Below, one piece after another: positions 60,607-64,000 of a stretch of 64,000 nt of DNA (its first letter is position 1; every line of letters begins with the position of its first letter). Below the pieces are notes generated by a model. The model had not been told where the DNA came from. It searched no databases and was given only the letters and a program-made list of their open reading frames with translations. Both the position numbers and the translations under genes were made by a program. Origin of the DNA: Dehalococcoidia bacterium (GTDB lineage Bacteria > Chloroflexota > Dehalococcoidia > Lucifugimonadales > Australimonadaceae); assembly GCA_965248495.1 (NCBI GenBank), contig CBDFJL010000003.1, positions 1,343,966 through 1,407,965 of the forward strand. Direction: 5' to 3'.

Positions 60607-61204
60607 TTAGTCGAAGACGATCGGCTCGCCCCAAGAGTCGGCGAAGGCGATCTCCTCGACGGACATGCGCGTCTTCGGGCCGTGCGGCTCCGCGGGGAAT
60701 CCCAGCGGTACCAATGCGATGATCTGGCGGTCCTCGGGAACACCGAGAGTTGCCATCAGCTCCTCGTATCGCAGCATGTGGTTCGTGGTTATGGTGCCGC
60801 CCAACCCCAGCGCCCTCGCCGCCAGGAGCAAGTTTTGTACTGAGGGGTACGACGAAGCGAAGGGCGTGACGGTACCCAGACCGGGGCGGCGAATCACCGT
60901 CGTGCAGACCGCCACGATCACGGGCGCCTCGTCCATGTGGAGCGCCAGGTACGCCGACGGGTCGCTGTCGGCGTTCCCCGCTGCTGCGCCCTCGGTTCGC
61001 GAAGAACCCCTCCTCGTAAATGCGCGCGACCTTCCGTTTCGGCTCGGGGTCGCGGACGACCACGAAGCGCCACGGCTGGTTGTTCCGCCCACTCGGGCCT
61101 TGCGTCGCCGCATCGAGTACTCGCCGCAGTAGCGCGGGGGGTATCGGGTCGCTGCGGAACCTGCGTATGGCGCGCGTCGTATAGATGGCCTCGAAGAGGC
61201 CCAT
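60607..61204 (-). pseudogene. nitroreductase-family gene split by one frameshift
   Basis: The N-terminal part (MGLFEAIYTTRAIRRF...NNQPWRFVVVRDPE...IYEEGFF) is in one frame. The C-terminal part (DPSAYLALHMDEAPVIVAVC...SVQNLLLAARALGLGG...) is in another. The junction is around 60975-61000, near a GGGG run. Confidence 0.7.
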
Positions 61205-61304
61205 GTCCTCAGGCACTGCCGGCTCCTGTCGGGGAATCCGGGGAAGCATACCCGCTGTCGTCGGCACGGTGCAGACCTGGACGAGGGGCGCTTCGCGCCG
61301 CGCC

Positions 61305-61871
61305 CTAGCCGCCTACGGACAGCTCTTCGCGCAGCGCCTGCACCTGCGAGGCCATGGGGACGCCGGCCCAGCGAGGAGGCCCGTCCTCGGGCTCGATGGT
61401 CAGCTCGACGAGCGACGGGCCCTCGGCCGCGAGGATCGCGGGGAGGTCCTCCCGCAGCGTAGCCGCGTCGTCGTAGCGCGCGGCGCACCGATAGCCGGCC
61501 GAAAGGGCCAGCCCGCAGGCGTCGAACACGCCCCGCCCGGGTATCGGCTGGTTGCCGGTGCTCTGGTAGAGCCCGTTGGCGAAGACGAAGTGGTAGAGGT
61601 TCGTGGGGGCGAGCCCGGCGACCGTCACCAGCGTCCCGAGCTGCATGAGCAGGCTGCCGTCCCCGTCCAACACCCACACGCCGCGGTTCGGCCGGCCCAG
61701 CGCGAGCCCGAGGCCGATTGACGATGCGCTGCCCATGCAACCCGTCGCGTCGATATGGCTTTGCGAGGCCTGGCCGGCCTCGTGCCACGGGACGATCGAC
61801 TGCATGCAGGCTACGCTGAGGGCATCACCTCGGTGGTCCGCGAGCGCCTGGATGGCTTCACTCCGTTGCAA
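61305..61871 (-). CDS. TPP-binding decarboxylase beta subunit (sulfopyruvate/phosphonopyruvate decarboxylase ComE-like)
   Basis: GCMGSASSIGLGLALG...VLDGDGSLLMQLGTL TPP-binding motif. 188 aa. Confidence 0.65.
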   Translation of the reverse strand: MQRSEAIQALADHRGDALSVACMQSIVPWHEAGQASQSHIDATGCMGSASSIGLGLALGRPNRGVWVLDGDGSLLMQLGTLVTVAGLAPTNLYHFVFANGLYQSTGNQPIPGRGVFDACGLALSAGYRCAARYDDAATLREDLPAILAAEGPSLVELTIEPEDGPPRWAGVPMASQVQALREELSVGG

Positions 61872-61880
61872 CGTCGTCTC

Positions 61881-62402
61881 CTAGTTTGTCGGGGCGCCGA
61901 TCAGGATGACCACGGGACCGCGACGCTCATGGCTTTCGTGCAGGGCCGTGCCGACGTTCGGCAGGTCGGCGGGCGCATCGAGCCGGTAGAACGGCACGTC
62001 CCACGCGTGCAGCGTCGGCTCGATGACACGCACGCGCGGGCTCGTGTGCTCTGACACGGGCTTGGTGACGTCTCGTCCGAACTCGCCCACGAACATGAGG
62101 GTCGGGACCTGTGCCTCTATTGCGATAGCCCGCAGCGTTCAGCGAGGCGAAGAAGCCGGTGTTCTGCACCAGCAGCATCGGGCGGTGGCCGCTCATGTAG
62201 AGGCCCGCGTTGATGCCCATCGCCTCGTCCTCGGTGGCCACGGGCAGTAGCACCGGGTCGCCCTGCTCGGCGATGGCGGTAATCAGCGTTCGCGCAGCGT
62301 ATCCGGTACCGTGACGACGTGGGTCATGCCAAGGCGCCGTAATTCGGCGGCGATGGCGCGCCCTTCGACGGGGTGGGCCAGCGGCGTGGCCTGGGTCTGC
62401 AT
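61881..62402 (-). pseudogene. ComD-like TPP-enzyme alpha subunit with two frameshifts
   Basis: The ATG 62402 frame hits TGA at 62285-62283. The conserved core LITAIAEQG..VATEDEAMGINAGLYMSGHRPMLLVQNTGFFASLNA is in a second frame. The C-terminal AIAIEAQVPTLMFVGEFG... returns to the first frame at ~62125-62137. Confidence 0.7.
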
Positions 62403-62456
62403 GGCGGACCTCCCTCGGACGCCGGGCATGATACGCCAGCTAACCCCACACCACAC

Positions 62457-63569
62457 TTAACCCCAGACCGTCTTGGCGGTCTCCGCGACGGTGCGCAGCT
62501 TGCGCGACTGGTCGGCCGGGCTCAGTCGGTTGCCTCCGACGGAGGTGGCAAACCCGCACTGGGGGCTCACGCCGAGTCGTTCGAGCGGGACGTACCGAGC
62601 GGCCTCGGCGATGCGCGCTTCCAAGTCCGCCACCGTCTCCTCGCGGGGCCCCTTCGTCGTCACCAGGCCCAACACCACCGTCTTGTCTTCGGGCACGCCG
62701 GCGAGGGGTTCGAAGCCGCCTGCGCGGGCATCGTCGTATTCCAGCATCAGCCGTTGCGCGTGCACCTGTTGTAGCACCGGCCGGGTGAGCCGCTCGTACC
62801 CGCCCTCTGTCAGCCACCGGCTGCCCTGGTTGCCCCGTCAGAGGTGGAACGCGAACGTCACCCGCGGGAAGGCGTCTATCACCGAGTTGTCCAGCTCGAT
62901 GCCTCGCGCAACCCAGTCCTCGGCGCTCCAGCCCTGCGACGCGTAGAAGGCGGACCAGGCGGGGTCGAGGACCAACGGGTAGTGGGGCGCGTCGAGCTGC
63001 ACGTACGTGGCGCCGAGCCGGGCGAGCTCCGCGACCTCGTCCCGCAGAATATCGGTGACGTCGGCCAGGAACGCATCGAGGGTGGGGTAGGCGTCGACCG
63101 ATCGTTCCGGCGACCAGAAGTTGGCAAACAGGCTGGGGCTCGGCAACGTCGTCTTCACCACTCTGTCGGTGCGCCCGCGCAGGTAGACAAACTCCTCGAC
63201 GGACAGGTGTCGCTTGCGCCGGAGCTTCCCGACCACGCCGAGGGTCTGGGGCCGATCGACAGTGAGGTCGCCGACCACCCCGTCGCCATGCCATGCCCCC
63301 CAGAGGAACGCGTCGATGTCGAACTGCCCAAAGCCCTCGACGGCCTCCGGCATCTGACTCTGGAAGGACAGACGGCGCATCTCGCCGTCTGTGACGATGC
63401 CCAGGCCCGCGTCCTCTTGGATGGCGACCGCCGCATCCACGGCGGCATCCTCGATGCGCTTGAATTCCGCTGCCGAGATGCGCCCCCCAGCCGAGTCGTC
63501 CCGTGCCCGGAGCAGCGCGGGCGGCCGGAGCAGACTCCCGACGACGTCGGCGTGGGGCAGCGTGTCCAT
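62457..63569 (-). CDS. cobalamin-independent methionine-synthase-family (MetE C-terminal-domain-like) protein with one in-frame TGA at the His-x-Cys zinc-ligand codon
   Basis: A 371-codon frame that is otherwise open. ...FAFHL[TGA 62840-62838]RGNQGSRWLTEGGYE...LMLEYDDARAGGFEPL...SPQCGFATS. TATACT sits 7 nt upstream of ATG 63569. Confidence 0.6.
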
Positions 63570-63604
63570 CGGCGCGAGTATAAGGGAGGGGCGAATAGCG
63601 GGGA

Positions 63605-63645
63605 GGAAAATGAACAAGGGGCCGGCCATTTGAGGCCGGCCCCTT
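63605..63645 (-). terminator. intrinsic terminator after the partial upstream gene
   Basis: 12-bp stem AAGGGGCCGGCC/GGCCGGCCCCTT (63616-63645). On the minus strand it is followed by GUUCAUUUUCC. Confidence 0.6.
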
Positions 63646-63677
63646 CGATCTCGCTTGACTACCGCGAGCGTCCGCCG

Positions 63678-64000
63678 CTAGCCGGCCTCGACGGGTGCTT
63701 CCTTCTCGATTGGCGGCCAGTAGACCCAGCCGGAGCCGGTCGTGACCTTGCGGGCGGGCATGTAGTCGGTCCACTCGGCCTTGTGGCCGGCCTTGACCTC
63801 ATCGACCGCACCGGCGACAACCGTCCAGCAGCGCAGCTCGCCTGTGCCGCCGACAAAGTTCTCGGAGCGGAAGGAGAACATGGCCTTGAGGTTATCGGCC
63901 TGGCCGGAGGTCAGCTGGTCCAAGAACCAGTTGTCCAGGGGCTCGTCCACCCAGCCCGTGCGGGGCCCACGCGGGTCGTGGGACATGCCACCCGAGCCGT
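63678..64000 (-). CDS. hypothetical protein, C-terminal part only (5' end beyond the window)
   Basis: The frame is open to the window edge. C-terminal sequence ...GWVDEPLDNWFLDQLTSGQ...GWVYWPPIEKEAPVEAG. No family recognised. Confidence 0.4.
   Translation of the reverse strand, partial: GSGGMSHDPRGPRTGWVDEPLDNWFLDQLTSGQADNLKAMFSFRSENFVGGTGELRCWTVVAGAVDEVKAGHKAEWTDYMPARKVTTGSGWVYWPPIEKEAPVEAG

Noticed and set aside
62838-62840. The TGA as evidence for an alternative genetic code (UGA read as Trp or Gly).
   Set aside because: TGA terminates several well-defined genes at the expected length in this window, including the hydrolase at 11160, ahbAB at 34056, hemC and cobA/hemD.

Overview
This is a high-G+C bacterial chromosomal window. 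My hand counts give about 70% G+C in core genes and 53-58% in two small islets. It is densely coding on both strands and mostly housekeeping. The gene order and protein flavour look Chloroflexota/Thermomicrobia-like or Actinobacteria-like, but I cannot assign a taxon.

Gene order, left to right:
- thrC, then a heat-shock operon dnaJ(CbpA-like)-hspR-clpC preceded by HAIR-like inverted repeats.
- An aldo/keto reductase and an MBL+rhodanese protein.
- ispD, a block of REP-like hairpins, ispF and cysS.
- A low-G+C secreted-protein ORF inserted beside an alpha/beta hydrolase whose last ~25 codons are duplicated.
- An FAD-linked oxidase, an ArsR+SRPBCC pair, secG and gatB.
- A ~715-bp non-coding stretch with 41-bp tandem repeats.
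- tRNA-Thr/Tyr/Thr-tuf-rpmG-secE-nusG-rplKAJL.
- M20-radC-M20 and sodB.
- A minus-strand tetrapyrrole operon: ahbAB(nirDL-like)-sirC-hemA-hemC-cobA/hemD-hemB-orf-hemL.
- An HTH regulator, pcm, and moxR-DUF58-transglutaminase.
- A Rieske oxygenase with three MCP-hydrolase paralogues, then tRNA-Leu.
- An M20 peptidase, an LLM oxidoreductase, a CMD-family protein, selA, an MFS transporter, tRNA-Lys and gltBD.
- A second Rieske oxygenase and an esterase, then a damaged block (a frameshifted nitroreductase, an intact ComE-like gene, a twice-frameshifted ComD-like gene).
- A MetE-family gene with a single in-frame TGA exactly at the His-x-Cys zinc-ligand codon.

I found no CRISPR array, transposase, integrase or recognisable defence system.

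The most interesting signals are:
1. The TGA-for-Cys MetE-like gene, taken together with selA. It is either a selenoprotein candidate or a fresh pseudogene.
2. The hairpin- and repeat-rich non-coding region upstream of the tRNA-tuf cluster.
3. The insertion flanked by a duplicated hydrolase 3' end.
4. The siroheme-decarboxylase-containing heme operon, which carries an embedded unknown ORF.

All calls come from reading the sequence and the translations. No database search was possible.
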